Positions 1-9,036 are shown, counted from the stretch's first letter. The stretch is DNA of 32,000 nt from an uncultured delta proteobacterium (GCA_963708295.1 CAVPSJ010000014.1:319935-351934); one strand, 5' to 3'. Numbers and translations are program-made. Notes: generated by a model not told the origin, from the letters alone.

Positions 1-484
1 GGAAGGACAGAGCGCCCTTGGCGTGTCCGGGTGTTTCAAGAACCCTGAGGTCCTTTCCCTTTTCCCAAGAGATGGTCTCTCCATCCTTCAAATCCAGATC
101 CACAGGAACCGAGCCTTCGACGAGCTCAAAGAAGTTGAGGATGGGCCTCTCACGGTACTGTCTCTCCACATCCTCTATCCATGGCTTCTCGGCAGAGTGA
201 GCCCCGAAGGAGGCCGGGGAGATTTTTTTTATGGCCAGACATCCACCGATATGATCCGGGTGAGCGTGGGTTAGGAGGACCAGAGAAATTTCATCCGGAG
301 ATCGGCCTATTTCTTTCAAGTAACCCTGGAGAAGGAGGCTTGTCGAAGAAACCCCGGTATCGATGAGGCAGATCTTATCTCCTATCAGGAGGTAGGAATA
401 AACCGATCGGTCCGCATATTGGCCTTCACCAAGAGCCAATCGAAAAGGATGTTTAAATGCATGGATCGTTTCCGTAATCCTCAT
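1..484 (-). CDS. MBL-fold metallo-hydrolase (N-terminal part only; gene runs off the left edge)
   Basis: Absent from the ORF track because there is no stop inside the window. Manual minus-strand translation from the ATG at 484 gives MRITETIHAFKHPFRLALGEGQYADRSVYSYLLIGDKICLIDTGVSS...LVLLTHAHPDHIGGCLAI...RVLETPGHAKGALSF. It carries the HxHxDH zinc motif (THAHPDH). Its ATG overlaps the TGA of the upstream gene (ATGA at 481-484). Confidence 0.75.
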   Translation of the reverse strand, partial: MRITETIHAFKHPFRLALGEGQYADRSVYSYLLIGDKICLIDTGVSSTSLLLQGYLKEIGRSPDEISLVLLTHAHPDHIGGCLAIKKISPASFGAHSAEKPWIEDVERQYRERPILNFFELVEGSVPVDLDLKDGETISWEKGKDLRVLETPGHAKGALSF

Positions 485-1743
485 TCTCGGTCCTTCTTCT
501 TGCTGAGCATTGCCTCCAGCTCGCGAACGGCCCTCTCTGCAAAGTCTGGCTCGTTGACGTGCATGGAGAGTTCATGATAGCGAATTCTTGAGTAGTCAAT
601 ATTTTCTTTGAGGGCCTGATAGAATGCCTGGTCAGACTCCGGCCAGAACCATGACCTGGGTGCCGGGCCTCCTTGAAGGTTAATCGCCTTCGGCCCGCGG
701 GGGCTGTCATAGGCAGAAAAGCCCCGGGCAGGAATGAGAACGACGGTCTGGCCCCTGGCCTGATTGATCTTTTTTGCGAAGAGCCGTCCGAGAGAAGCGC
801 TTTCTTCCGGATTGGTCCGCATCAGGGTGATATGAGGTGTATGGCGATAAAAGACCCGATCCTTCCATTTTTGAGGAACCGTCTCAGGGGTTTTGAAATT
901 GATGAGGTCGATCGCGCCCGGAACGATCACCTGAGGGATGCCCACGTTTCCGGCAGCCTCCATCCGATGGGGGCCTGCACTCAGGACGCCTCCGACGACT
1001 TCGTCGGCGAGTTCCGTGGTGGAGATGTCGAGAACGGCATCGATCTCTCCCTGTTTTACCAGATCCTCCAGGGCCATGCCGCCGGTGCCTGAGGTGTGGA
1101 AGAGGATCACCTCAAATCCCTTTTCCTCCAGGAGTTCCTTCGCGTGCTCCGCGCAAGGCTGGACGACTCCGAAGACTGTCACCGCCACCTGGATTCTTCT
1201 CTCCCCCTCATGAAGATTTTCCCCTTTCAACATTCCCGCGATCGCTCGAACGGCGTTTAGAAAAATCCTCTTCGTCACCCGGTTGATCGAGATATCCCCC
1301 ACGGGGTTAAACATCACAATGTCTTTGTATCCGACATAGCCCCGCACATCTCCTGAAGCCATGGTAGACACCATGATCTTGGGCATCCCAATCGGGAATT
1401 GCTGCATGACGGCGCAGGCGATCGCACTCCCGTTCGACCCTCCGAGGGCCATGATGCCGTCAAACTTGCCCTGTCGGAAAAGCTCCTCAGAAAGTTTGAT
1501 CGCGCCATCGGTCATCACCTTCTGGGCAGGCACCCGCTCCAGTTGACTGACCGAGGCGAAATCCGCGTTTGCGGCTTGAGCCACTTCGTGGCATGGGATA
1601 TCCGAGGAAAATTCTGAGGGAGACCGCTTACAGCTTACATCCATGAGAAGAGGGTGGACCCCCTCCTCCTCAAGTTTCTCCCGGAGATACTGATATTCTT
1701 TCCCCTTCGTATCGAAGGTTCCTATGAGAAGTACCGTCTTCAT
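481..1743 (-). CDS. UPF0261 / Tm-1-like ATP-binding protein
   Basis: 420 aa ORF. The N-terminus MKTVLLIGTFDTKGKEYQYL, the GGSNGS..MPKIMVSTMASGD..YVG.KDI.M segment and the overall length match the UPF0261 family, which forms the N-terminal half of tomato Tm-1. Confidence 0.85.
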   Translation of the reverse strand: MKTVLLIGTFDTKGKEYQYLREKLEEEGVHPLLMDVSCKRSPSEFSSDIPCHEVAQAANADFASVSQLERVPAQKVMTDGAIKLSEELFRQGKFDGIMALGGSNGSAIACAVMQQFPIGMPKIMVSTMASGDVRGYVGYKDIVMFNPVGDISINRVTKRIFLNAVRAIAGMLKGENLHEGERRIQVAVTVFGVVQPCAEHAKELLEEKGFEVILFHTSGTGGMALEDLVKQGEIDAVLDISTTELADEVVGGVLSAGPHRMEAAGNVGIPQVIVPGAIDLINFKTPETVPQKWKDRVFYRHTPHITLMRTNPEESASLGRLFAKKINQARGQTVVLIPARGFSAYDSPRGPKAINLQGGPAPRSWFWPESDQAFYQALKENIDYSRIRYHELSMHVNEPDFAERAVRELEAMLSKKKDRE

Positions 1744-1777
1744 CGCGGCATTCGATAAAATGGAAGGTAGGGTAGGT

Positions 1778-2473
1778 TCACACTCCTAAATAATGTTCTT
1801 TGGTCTTACGATCTTCCCAGAGTTCTTTGGGCGTTGAAGAGTGGACAATTTTCCCCTTGCTCATCACGTGGGTATAGTCTGCGAATTTGATGGCAAAGGA
1901 GAGGTTCTGTTCAACAAGAAAGATGGACAACCCTTCCTCTTTGAGCCGTCGGATGGCGTCCCCGACTTCTCGGACCAGAACCGGCGCCAATCCCTCTGTA
2001 GGTTCATCCATGAGTAGAAAGACGGGGTTGGATATCAATGCCCTGGCGATGGCCAACATCTGTTGTTCCCCGCCGCTCAGTTCGTTCCCCCGGTGGTGCC
2101 CCCTTTCCTTGAGACGGGGAAAAAGAGCGAAGACCTTCTCGAAATTCCATGCCTGGCTGCCAGCACCCCGTGAGGCAATCGCCAGGTTTTCTTTCACCGT
2201 CAATGACGGGAAGATCCGCCGGCCTTGAGGAACGAGGCCTATCTGCATGCGGACGATCTTGTAAGCAGCCACGTGAGCGATGTCCTTCCCATTGAACAGG
2301 ATTTGACCTCGCCGGGGCGGGGTGAATCCGACGATGGATCGAATCAGGGTTGTCTTCCCCACTCCATTTCGCCCCAGTAGGGCGACAACCGTTTCTTTCC
2401 CGACCTCCAGACTAACCCCCTGGAGGACATAACTATCGCCGTAATAAGTATGAATATCCACAATCTTGAGCAT
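1778..2473 (-). CDS. Branched-chain-amino-acid-type ABC transporter ATPase (LivF-like)
   Basis: Walker A GRNGVGKTT, signature LSGGEQQML and Walker B LLMDEP. The track ORF (to 2548) overlaps the upstream gene. The ATG at 2473 (MLKIVDIHTYYG) lies 4 nt after the LivG-like stop and is the likely start. Confidence 0.9.
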   Translation of the reverse strand: MLKIVDIHTYYGDSYVLQGVSLEVGKETVVALLGRNGVGKTTLIRSIVGFTPPRRGQILFNGKDIAHVAAYKIVRMQIGLVPQGRRIFPSLTVKENLAIASRGAGSQAWNFEKVFALFPRLKERGHHRGNELSGGEQQMLAIARALISNPVFLLMDEPTEGLAPVLVREVGDAIRRLKEEGLSIFLVEQNLSFAIKFADYTHVMSKGKIVHSSTPKELWEDRKTKEHYLGV

Positions 2474-2477
2474 AAAA

Positions 2478-3296
2478 CTACTCCGAGCCCAAATAGATCT
2501 CCTGCACGGTCGGATTATTCTTGATCGCTTCCTTTGTGCCTTCGGCAAGAAATTTTCCCTGGTAGAGGACGGTGATCCGTTCGGCGAACTCGAAGGCCAC
2601 GTCCATATCGTGTTCGATCAGCAGGATCGTAATGGACGGATCGAGTTTCTTGAGCAAGAGGGTTAAGGCATGGGTTTCAGCGGAGGAGAGCCCGGCCGCG
2701 GGTTCGTCCAGGAGGAGAAGGCGAGGCTTTTCGGCAAGAGCCAGAGACACTTCGATCTGTCTTTGATCTCCGTGAGAAAGGTTCTTGACCAATTCGTTTC
2801 GCTTCTCCCATAAATCAAACTCTTTCAAAAGGTCGTTGCACCGATCCATGAGGCGATGATAGGAAGAAAGCGGTCGGAACATCACAAATTTCGTCCGAAC
2901 CAGAGCCTGGCAGGCCATGAGAATATTGTCCAATACGGTTAGGTTCGGAAAGAGATTGGTGACCTGATAGGTTCTTGCGATTCCCAGAGCTGCACGACGG
3001 TAGGAAGGTAACCTGGTAACATCCTTCTCAAAATAGAGGATCCGTCCCCCACTTGAAGGATAGACACCGCTGATAAGATTAAAGAGGGTCGTTTTCCCGG
3101 CGCCATTCGGCCCCATCAGGACTCGCCTCTCTCCCGGTTCAATCCTCAAATTGACTCCGTCCACAGCTCGAAGGCCGCCGAAGTCCTTTGTGAGATCCTC
3201 AACGAGCAGGCAGGGAGTCCCGTCCTTCGCAGATAGAACACACTCCCTTCCGTTTTCTGTCTGAACGACTGCCATGAATTTTGACTCTTCGTCCAT
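2478..3296 (-). CDS. Branched-chain-amino-acid-type ABC transporter ATPase (LivG-like)
   Basis: Walker A GPNGAGKTT, signature LSHGDQRQ and Walker B LLLDEPAAGL, with a LivG-type C-terminus. The start could instead be the ATG at 3275. Confidence 0.9.
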   Translation of the reverse strand: MDEESKFMAVVQTENGRECVLSAKDGTPCLLVEDLTKDFGGLRAVDGVNLRIEPGERRVLMGPNGAGKTTLFNLISGVYPSSGGRILYFEKDVTRLPSYRRAALGIARTYQVTNLFPNLTVLDNILMACQALVRTKFVMFRPLSSYHRLMDRCNDLLKEFDLWEKRNELVKNLSHGDQRQIEVSLALAEKPRLLLLDEPAAGLSSAETHALTLLLKKLDPSITILLIEHDMDVAFEFAERITVLYQGKFLAEGTKEAIKNNPTVQEIYLGSE

Positions 3297-3407
3297 TTCT
3301 CGGTTATTCCACGTTGAAGGCCTGTCTACTCCTCCGACATTTCTCAGAGAGAATGGAGGGCTTTACTTTCTCCTATCTTTGGGAGTGATGACTCTACCTA
3401 ACCATTC

Positions 3408-3500
3408 CCCCTCCCTTGGCGGGAGGGGATGAAGGGGAGGGGGCTGAGATTTCTTATGTCCGCCCTCACCCTGCTAACCCTCCCCCGTCAAGGGGGAGGG
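3408..3500. repeat. Two G/C-tract hairpin repeats (REP-like) in the SBP-A / livG-like gap
   Basis: CCCCTCCC-TTGGC-GGGAGGGG (3408-3428) and CCCTCCCCC-GTCAA-GGGGGAGGG (3478-3500). The same stem type and the same GTCAA loop recur at 14727-14747. Confidence 0.6.
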
Positions 3501-3529
3501 TGCATTGAGTGAATTCCAAATATCTTTGG

Positions 3530-4774
3530 TTACGGTTTCAGCGGAGGATATTCACGCGAATAGACAGGCTGCTTCAAAAACTCCTCGGGTTTGTACTTCC
3601 AGAACTGCGAAACGTTGGGATAAGTATAGATTACCTTGTTCTGAAGCTCTCCTCCTACCCTTTCCACCTTTCGGATGTACACGCTTTGAATCGGATTCCC
3701 ATAAGCGTCCAATTTAAATGCCCCACGAGGAACATCCTTGAGCTCTACCTTTCTCAGAGCCTCCATGAACTTGGGCCTATTCTCGACATCGCCATTAACG
3801 GCCTTGATCGCTTCCACAATCCATTTGGCTCCCGTATAGGTTCCCTCCGAATAGTAGGAAGCAGCCTTCTTGGCCTTTTCGCGGTAAGCCTTCACGAATT
3901 TTTTGTTGGCCGGATTATCCAAAGCCTCGCTGTAATGCAGGGCGGTGATAACACCGATCGCTTCATCCCCCATCTGAGGAAGGGCATGCTCGTCGGTGGT
4001 CGTCCCTCCTCCAATCAATGGGATTTTTCCCTTCAGGCCAAATTCCTGATATTGCTTAACGAGCTGGAGTGTTGTGCGACCCGTAAACATAGCATAAACC
4101 CCATCCGCCTCCTTTGAAATCTGCGACAGGTAGGGGCTGAAGTCCTGAACCGTCAAAGGAGTCCAGATCTTCTGAACAATCTTCCCTCCTGCTTCTTCAA
4201 AGGTCTTCTGGAACCCCCCCACATTCTCCCATCCGAAGGCATAGTCAAGGGCTATCACTGCGATCTTCCTGAACTTGAGGGTATTATAGACATACTCCCC
4301 GAAGGGGTGGTTTGGCTGGCTGCTGTTCCATCCCGTGCGGACAATCCATTTGGCTCGCTGCCGCTGGGTCAAATCATCCGGAGCCATGATCGGATAGGTC
4401 ATCGGAATCTCCTTGGAGTCAATGTAGGGCATGAGGGCATAACCGGTGGAAGCCATCAACCCCCCAGACATGACATGGACCCCATCCTTCTCAACCAATT
4501 TTCTCGTCTTCGTGAGGCCCGTCGCCGGAACAGCCTCATCGTCCTCAACGATGAGCTCAATCTTGCGGCCCGCTGCCTGGTATCCGATCTCTTCAAGGGC
4601 GAGTTCGATCCCCGCCAGCATGTCCTTTCCATTGGCTGCCATCCCGCCGGAAAGAGGCGAGATGAAGCCAATCTTGATCGGGCCTTTGGCCTGTGCCCAC
4701 GAGGTGACGGGGTTAAATGCGATTAAACTAACTATAGCCACAACACAAAATACCAAAACGAAAACCTTTTTCAT
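3530..4774 (-). CDS. ABC transporter substrate-binding protein, LivK / Peripla_BP_6 type (SBP-A)
   Basis: 414 aa with an N-terminal signal peptide (MKKVFVLVFCVVAIVSLIAF...AQA). The IKIGFISPLSGGMAANGKDM motif is typical of the Leu/Ile/Val-binding family. It is a paralogue of 7686-8930. Confidence 0.9.
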   Translation of the reverse strand: MKKVFVLVFCVVAIVSLIAFNPVTSWAQAKGPIKIGFISPLSGGMAANGKDMLAGIELALEEIGYQAAGRKIELIVEDDEAVPATGLTKTRKLVEKDGVHVMSGGLMASTGYALMPYIDSKEIPMTYPIMAPDDLTQRQRAKWIVRTGWNSSQPNHPFGEYVYNTLKFRKIAVIALDYAFGWENVGGFQKTFEEAGGKIVQKIWTPLTVQDFSPYLSQISKEADGVYAMFTGRTTLQLVKQYQEFGLKGKIPLIGGGTTTDEHALPQMGDEAIGVITALHYSEALDNPANKKFVKAYREKAKKAASYYSEGTYTGAKWIVEAIKAVNGDVENRPKFMEALRKVELKDVPRGAFKLDAYGNPIQSVYIRKVERVGGELQNKVIYTYPNVSQFWKYKPEEFLKQPVYSREYPPLKP

Positions 4775-4828
4775 AAATTCCTCCCTTCTTTTTGATCAGA
4801 TGATATTACGTAAAAAGTAGCTTCCAAA

Positions 4829-4868
4829 TCCCCCCATCCCCCCTTTGCTAAAGGGGGGTAAAGGGGGA
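4829..4868. repeat. G/C-tract hairpin repeat
   Basis: CCCCCCTTT-GCT-AAAGGGGGG (4838-4858), nested in an outer TCCCCC/GGGGGA pairing. It sits immediately 3' of the TIM-barrel gene stop (4869). Confidence 0.5.
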
Positions 4869-5726
4869 TTACCGTTTTTTTTCGGGAAGCTGAATGTTTT
4901 TGAAGCCCCTGACCGCTTCGGTAATCGATTTCTCAACAGGAATTCGTTCGGCCGTTGATCCTCCCACGTACCCGTCTAGCCCCTTCACCTTAGATAAGAG
5001 ATAGTTTATGTCCTGAGGGGTCTCCGCTGCCCCTCCGTGGCAGGTTACAATCGTCTCGGGTTTTTTCTTCTTCACTCTGTCGATGATCGCCTGGATGAGG
5101 TTTGACATGTCATCCAGGGAGGTCACGGTCTTGGATCCGATAGAGCCTCCGCTGGTGTTTCCCCCGTGAGCAATGATGTTATCGCATCCCGCTTCCAGCA
5201 TTTTCTGCGCTTCTTCCGGCGTGGTGCAAAAGGCCTTTGTATAGAGCCCTTTTCGATGGGCGATTCCGATCATTTCGACCTCTTTATGATACGTCACCCC
5301 TGTTTCCTCCAGGGTCCTTCGGAAATTCCCGTCGATCAACGCCAGGGTCGGACAATTCAGGATTCCTGAAAAGCCGGCGGCGATGATCTCATCCAAGAAG
5401 GCGTCCATGTTTCGCGTGGGATCGGCCCCCAGAAGGCCCGCCAAGACCGGGGTATTCTTAATCACGGGGATGATGTCCCTTTTTCCCAGCTCGAGCGTGA
5501 CGGCATTGGCATCTGCAATCGACAAATAACCTGCCATGGAAGAGAGACCTGCCATCCGGAACCTTGCCAGGATGTGGGTGGTAATCATATCGGCACCGCC
5601 TGCCTCGGCAAATTTGGCAGAGATTCCCGTGCCGGCAAAGGCATCGAAAAGGGCGTGGCCCTTCTCAACCTCGGCCTTGAATCTGTCGATGATCTCCTGT
5701 CTCGTAAACTTCTTTACCATATCCAT
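4869..5726 (-). CDS. Phosphoenolpyruvate-hydrolase-like TIM-barrel protein (PEP_hydrolase family, Tm-1 C-terminal-half homologue)
   Basis: 285 aa. FTRQEIIDRFKAEV..GAGTGISAKFAEAGGADMI..RFRMAG..GY....ANA...L......PV.K.TPVLAG..G.DP...MD.FL.E....GFSG..N.PT..LIDG.FR..LEETG and CHGG matches the family closely. The start may be the ATG at 5720, which has better SD spacing. Confidence 0.85.
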   Translation of the reverse strand: MDMVKKFTRQEIIDRFKAEVEKGHALFDAFAGTGISAKFAEAGGADMITTHILARFRMAGLSSMAGYLSIADANAVTLELGKRDIIPVIKNTPVLAGLLGADPTRNMDAFLDEIIAAGFSGILNCPTLALIDGNFRRTLEETGVTYHKEVEMIGIAHRKGLYTKAFCTTPEEAQKMLEAGCDNIIAHGGNTSGGSIGSKTVTSLDDMSNLIQAIIDRVKKKKPETIVTCHGGAAETPQDINYLLSKVKGLDGYVGGSTAERIPVEKSITEAVRGFKNIQLPEKKR

Positions 5727-5733
5727 TCCTTTC

Positions 5734-6711
5734 TCAGCCTGTCTCTTCCGCCTGGGGTCTCTTCCGGCCCCCTTTGAGCCAATCTTTGAGAAGGTTCATG
5801 AGTCCCTGAGGGGCATAGAGGATGGTGAGGATATAGATCGTTCCCAGGATGAGAAGCCAGCGCTGCGTATAGGCACTGATAAAGTTCTTGAGGAAAACAA
5901 TGATACCCGCACCCAGGGCCGGCCCGATCAGGGTTCCCGGGCCACCCAGGATGACCATCAGGATAATTTCGATCGATGCGGTCAGATCCATGTTGTAGGG
6001 ACTGATGAAACCATCGAAATAAGCCCAGAGGGCTCCTGCAACGCCTCCGAAGGCCGATGCAGAAACATAGCTCAAGTACTTATGGAGCCAGGTATGATAA
6101 CCCAGAACGCGCATGCGGGATTCACTCTCCCGAACCCCCTTGAGGCTGTGACCGAAAGGAGACCGGACGTAAATCGCCATCAGGAAGAGGCAGACCAGAA
6201 AGAAAACGAGAATGAAATAATAGAATGTGAGAGGGTCCTTCAAGGAGATCGGCAAGCCCAGATCCGGCCTGGGAATTCCGGAGATGCCGTTGTCACCGCC
6301 GGTCATATTGACCCAGCGGAAGGCAAGGCCCCAGAGGGTCATCCCCAGCGCCAGCGTGATAATCAAAAAATAGACGCCCGTCGCATGGGCCACGAGGAAT
6401 CCGAAGATCATACTGATCACTGTTGCCACGACTACCCCGCTGACAAAGCAGGTTAGAAACCCCATCTTATACCGGGTTGCAAGAACAGCAACCACATACG
6501 CCGAAGATCCAAAAAAGCCTGCATGACCGAAGGAGGACAGCCCCGTGTATCCTATCAGGATGTCCAGACTCATGGCCAGGATGCCATAGATGAGCATCTG
6601 AGTGAAGAGTGTGATCCAATAAGAGGTATAAAACGGCGGCATGACCACCAGGATGAAAAAAGCAAGGATGAGACCGATGATTTTGGTTTTTGAGGCCAGA
6701 GAATCTTTCAT
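5734..6711 (-). CDS. Branched-chain-amino-acid-type ABC permease (LivM-like)
   Basis: Polytopic membrane protein. The track ORF (to 6804) overlaps the LivH-like gene. The ATG at 6711 (MKDSLASKTKIIGLILAFF) lies 4 nt after the LivH-like stop. Confidence 0.85.
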   Translation of the reverse strand: MKDSLASKTKIIGLILAFFILVVMPPFYTSYWITLFTQMLIYGILAMSLDILIGYTGLSSFGHAGFFGSSAYVVAVLATRYKMGFLTCFVSGVVVATVISMIFGFLVAHATGVYFLIITLALGMTLWGLAFRWVNMTGGDNGISGIPRPDLGLPISLKDPLTFYYFILVFFLVCLFLMAIYVRSPFGHSLKGVRESESRMRVLGYHTWLHKYLSYVSASAFGGVAGALWAYFDGFISPYNMDLTASIEIILMVILGGPGTLIGPALGAGIIVFLKNFISAYTQRWLLILGTIYILTILYAPQGLMNLLKDWLKGGRKRPQAEETG

Positions 6712-6715
6712 CTTT

Positions 6716-7573
6716 CTATTCTTTCCCGAATAGCCCGGTGGGCTTGAAAGCCACGATAAGAGCCATGGGAGCAAACAACGTGAAATAGGAGAGTTCGGGG
6801 ACAAGGGCCTTCCCGAAGTTGTCGATCAGGCCGACCAGGATGCTCCCCACTGCGGAACCTTTTAGGCTTCCCCTCCCGCCTACGATCACGACGACGAAGC
6901 CCAAAGAAAGGAGCTCGAAATCCAACCCCGGATACACTCCGAAGATGGGGCCACCGATGACCCCACCGAAGGCAGCCAAAAAGGCCCCTAAACCAAACAT
7001 GCATCCCGAGATCAGAGGAACGTTGAGACCCACTCCGCTCGCCATTTCGTGATCATCCACTGCCGCCCGCAACTTGGCCCCAACGAGCGTTTTATCGTTG
7101 AAGAGCCATAGGGCGATGGCGACGAGAGCAGCCACGACGATAACGAAGAGGCGATAGACCGGAAATACGACTTGATAGATTTGCGTGGATCCTCTCAAGA
7201 ATTCAGGGGAAGGAAGCGTGTAGGGGTCCCCTCCCCAGATCAAAAGTGCCAGGTCACGAAACACCAGGGCAAATCCCAGGGTGATCATCATTTGCGGGAG
7301 CGCCTTCAAAGGAAACTTTCTCAAGAACCCCCGCTCCATGATCAAACCGACCACCCCGACGACCAGGCCTCCGGCAAAGGCCCCGAGAATGAAGCTCTTT
7401 GTGCGCAAGATCACGGAAAGACCGACATAAGCCCCCAGCATAAAATACGATCCATGGGCGATATTGACAATCTTCATCACCCCATAGATGAGAGAGAGCC
7501 CGCTGGCCAGCAAAAAGAGAAGGGCTCCGAAGGAAAGCCCGTTGAGTGTTTGAACCAATAAAAATTGACTCAA
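6716..7573 (-). CDS. Branched-chain-amino-acid-type ABC permease (LivH-like)
   Basis: Polytopic membrane protein. The track start (7624) lies inside a perfect 16 bp hairpin. The TTG at 7573 is preceded by GGGAGA 7 nt upstream and yields an N-terminus (M)SQFLLVQTLNGLSFGALLFL typical of LivH. Confidence 0.85.
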   Translation of the reverse strand: MSQFLLVQTLNGLSFGALLFLLASGLSLIYGVMKIVNIAHGSYFMLGAYVGLSVILRTKSFILGAFAGGLVVGVVGLIMERGFLRKFPLKALPQMMITLGFALVFRDLALLIWGGDPYTLPSPEFLRGSTQIYQVVFPVYRLFVIVVAALVAIALWLFNDKTLVGAKLRAAVDDHEMASGVGLNVPLISGCMFGLGAFLAAFGGVIGGPIFGVYPGLDFELLSLGFVVVIVGGRGSLKGSAVGSILVGLIDNFGKALVPELSYFTLFAPMALIVAFKPTGLFGKE

Positions 7574-7590
7574 GATAAGTTCTCCCGCGA

Positions 7591-7628
7591 GCGGGTGCAA
7601 AATAGGAATGTCCCTATTTTGCACCCGC
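7591..7628 (-). promoter_or_regulatory. Intercistronic stem-loop between SBP-B and the permease genes
   Basis: GCGGGTGCAAAATAGG-AATGTC-CCTATTTTGCACCCGC forms a perfect 16 bp stem with a 6 nt loop. No U-tract follows it on the coding strand, so it is not a canonical terminator. Confidence 0.6.
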
Positions 7629-7685
7629 CATGTTCAAAATCATTACTTGCTCTGTCTTTTCCATTCTGCCCTCGTTGCAAGAGCT

Positions 7686-8930
7686 TCAGGGCTTAACGGG
7701 TGGATATTCACGCGAGTAGACAGGCTGCTTTAGGAACTCCTCGGGTTTAGACTTCCAGAACTGCGAAACATTGGGATAAGTTTGAATCACCGTATTCTGA
7801 AGCTCTCCGCCCGATTTCTCAACTTTCCGGATATAGATGTTCTGAATCGGATTCCCGTAGTCGTCCAGCTTCATTGGCCCGCGAGGAACATCCTTGAGCT
7901 CAACCTTTCTCAAGGCCGCCATCAGCTTCCCTCTGTTCTCTACGTCTCCGTTAATAGACTTGATGGCTTCTACAATCCACCTGGCTCCCGTATAAGTCCC
8001 TTCGGAATAGTAAGAAGCGGCCTTCTTCGCTTTTTCACGGAAGGCCTTGACGAATTTCTTGTTGGCCGGGTTGTCCAGGACTTCGCTGTAATGAAGAGGA
8101 GTGATGATTCCTATGGCCTCATCACCCATTTGGGGGAGGGCATGTTCATCTGTGACCGTCCCTCCGCCGATCAAAGGGACCTTTCCTTTGAGGCCGAATT
8201 CCTGGTATTGTTTGCAGAATTGCATCGTCTGCCGTCCGGAGAAGACCGCGAAAACGGCATCCGCGTCCTTCGAAAACTGAGAGAGGTAGGGGCTGAAATC
8301 CTGGGCGGTCAAAGGGACCCATATTTTTTGAAGGATCTTTCCTCCCGAATCCTCAAAAGCCTTGTGGAAGCCTCCGACGCACTCCCATCCGAAGGCGAAA
8401 TCATATGCGATCACAGCGATCTTCTTGAATTTGAGGACATTATAAGCATATTCTCCAAAGGGCTGATGCGGTTGGCAGCTCGCCCACCCCGTCCGGATAA
8501 TCCACTTGGGGATCTTTCTTTGAGTGATGTCATCGGCAGACATGATCGGGTAGGTCATGGGGATTTCTTTGGAGTCGATATAGGGCGCGAGCGCGTATGC
8601 CGTCGAGGCCATCAGACCCCCTGTCATCAGATGGACTCCGTCTTTTTCAACCAGTTTTCTCGTCTTTGTCAGACCTGTGGCGGGATTCGCCTCGTCGTCC
8701 TCCACCAGGAGTTCGATCTTACGTCCCGCAACTTGATACCCAATCTCCTCAAGGTAGAGCTCGATACCTGTCAACATGTCCTTTCCATTTGCCGCCATGC
8801 CGCCAGAAAGAGGTGAGATATAGCCAATTTTGATCGGGCCCTTGGCTTGAGCGAATGAGGCCGAAGGGCTTACCATAATGAGGCTGACTGCAATGACCAC
8901 CGCAAAAACCGTCCATAACGCTTTTTTCAT
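7686..8930 (-). CDS. ABC transporter substrate-binding protein, LivK / Peripla_BP_6 type (SBP-B)
   Basis: 414 aa with a signal peptide, collinear with SBP-A along its whole length. By eye, roughly four of five residues are identical (not computed). Confidence 0.9.
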   Translation of the reverse strand: MKKALWTVFAVVIAVSLIMVSPSASFAQAKGPIKIGYISPLSGGMAANGKDMLTGIELYLEEIGYQVAGRKIELLVEDDEANPATGLTKTRKLVEKDGVHLMTGGLMASTAYALAPYIDSKEIPMTYPIMSADDITQRKIPKWIIRTGWASCQPHQPFGEYAYNVLKFKKIAVIAYDFAFGWECVGGFHKAFEDSGGKILQKIWVPLTAQDFSPYLSQFSKDADAVFAVFSGRQTMQFCKQYQEFGLKGKVPLIGGGTVTDEHALPQMGDEAIGIITPLHYSEVLDNPANKKFVKAFREKAKKAASYYSEGTYTGARWIVEAIKSINGDVENRGKLMAALRKVELKDVPRGPMKLDDYGNPIQNIYIRKVEKSGGELQNTVIQTYPNVSQFWKSKPEEFLKQPVYSREYPPVKP

Positions 8931-8988
8931 CCTTCCGTTCCTCCTTCCTTAGTTTCTAAATGACCGAATTCTACCCACTCTTCTGCAA

Positions 8989-9015
8989 ATTATAAAGCAG
9001 AGCATATTTATTATA
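8989..9015 (-). promoter_or_regulatory. AT-rich candidate promoter region for the SBP-B / Liv-type operon
   Basis: Two TATAAT hexamers lie on the minus strand (9015-9010 and 8994-8989), 60-85 nt upstream of the SBP-B ATG. No convincing -35 element was found. Confidence 0.25.
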
Positions 9016-9036
9016 GTTTGCATTAACCCCAGTTGG

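Noticed and set aside
7782-8816. Long plus-strand ORFs: 344 aa here, plus 9840-10922 (360 aa), 5536-6456 (306 aa), 29320-30102 (260 aa), 17721-18428 (235 aa) and 14961-15644 (227 aa).
   Set aside because: Each lies entirely antisense to a minus-strand gene with clear family motifs. Their translations are low-complexity and Arg/Gly/Pro-rich with no recognisable motifs, which is typical of shadow ORFs in moderately GC-rich DNA.
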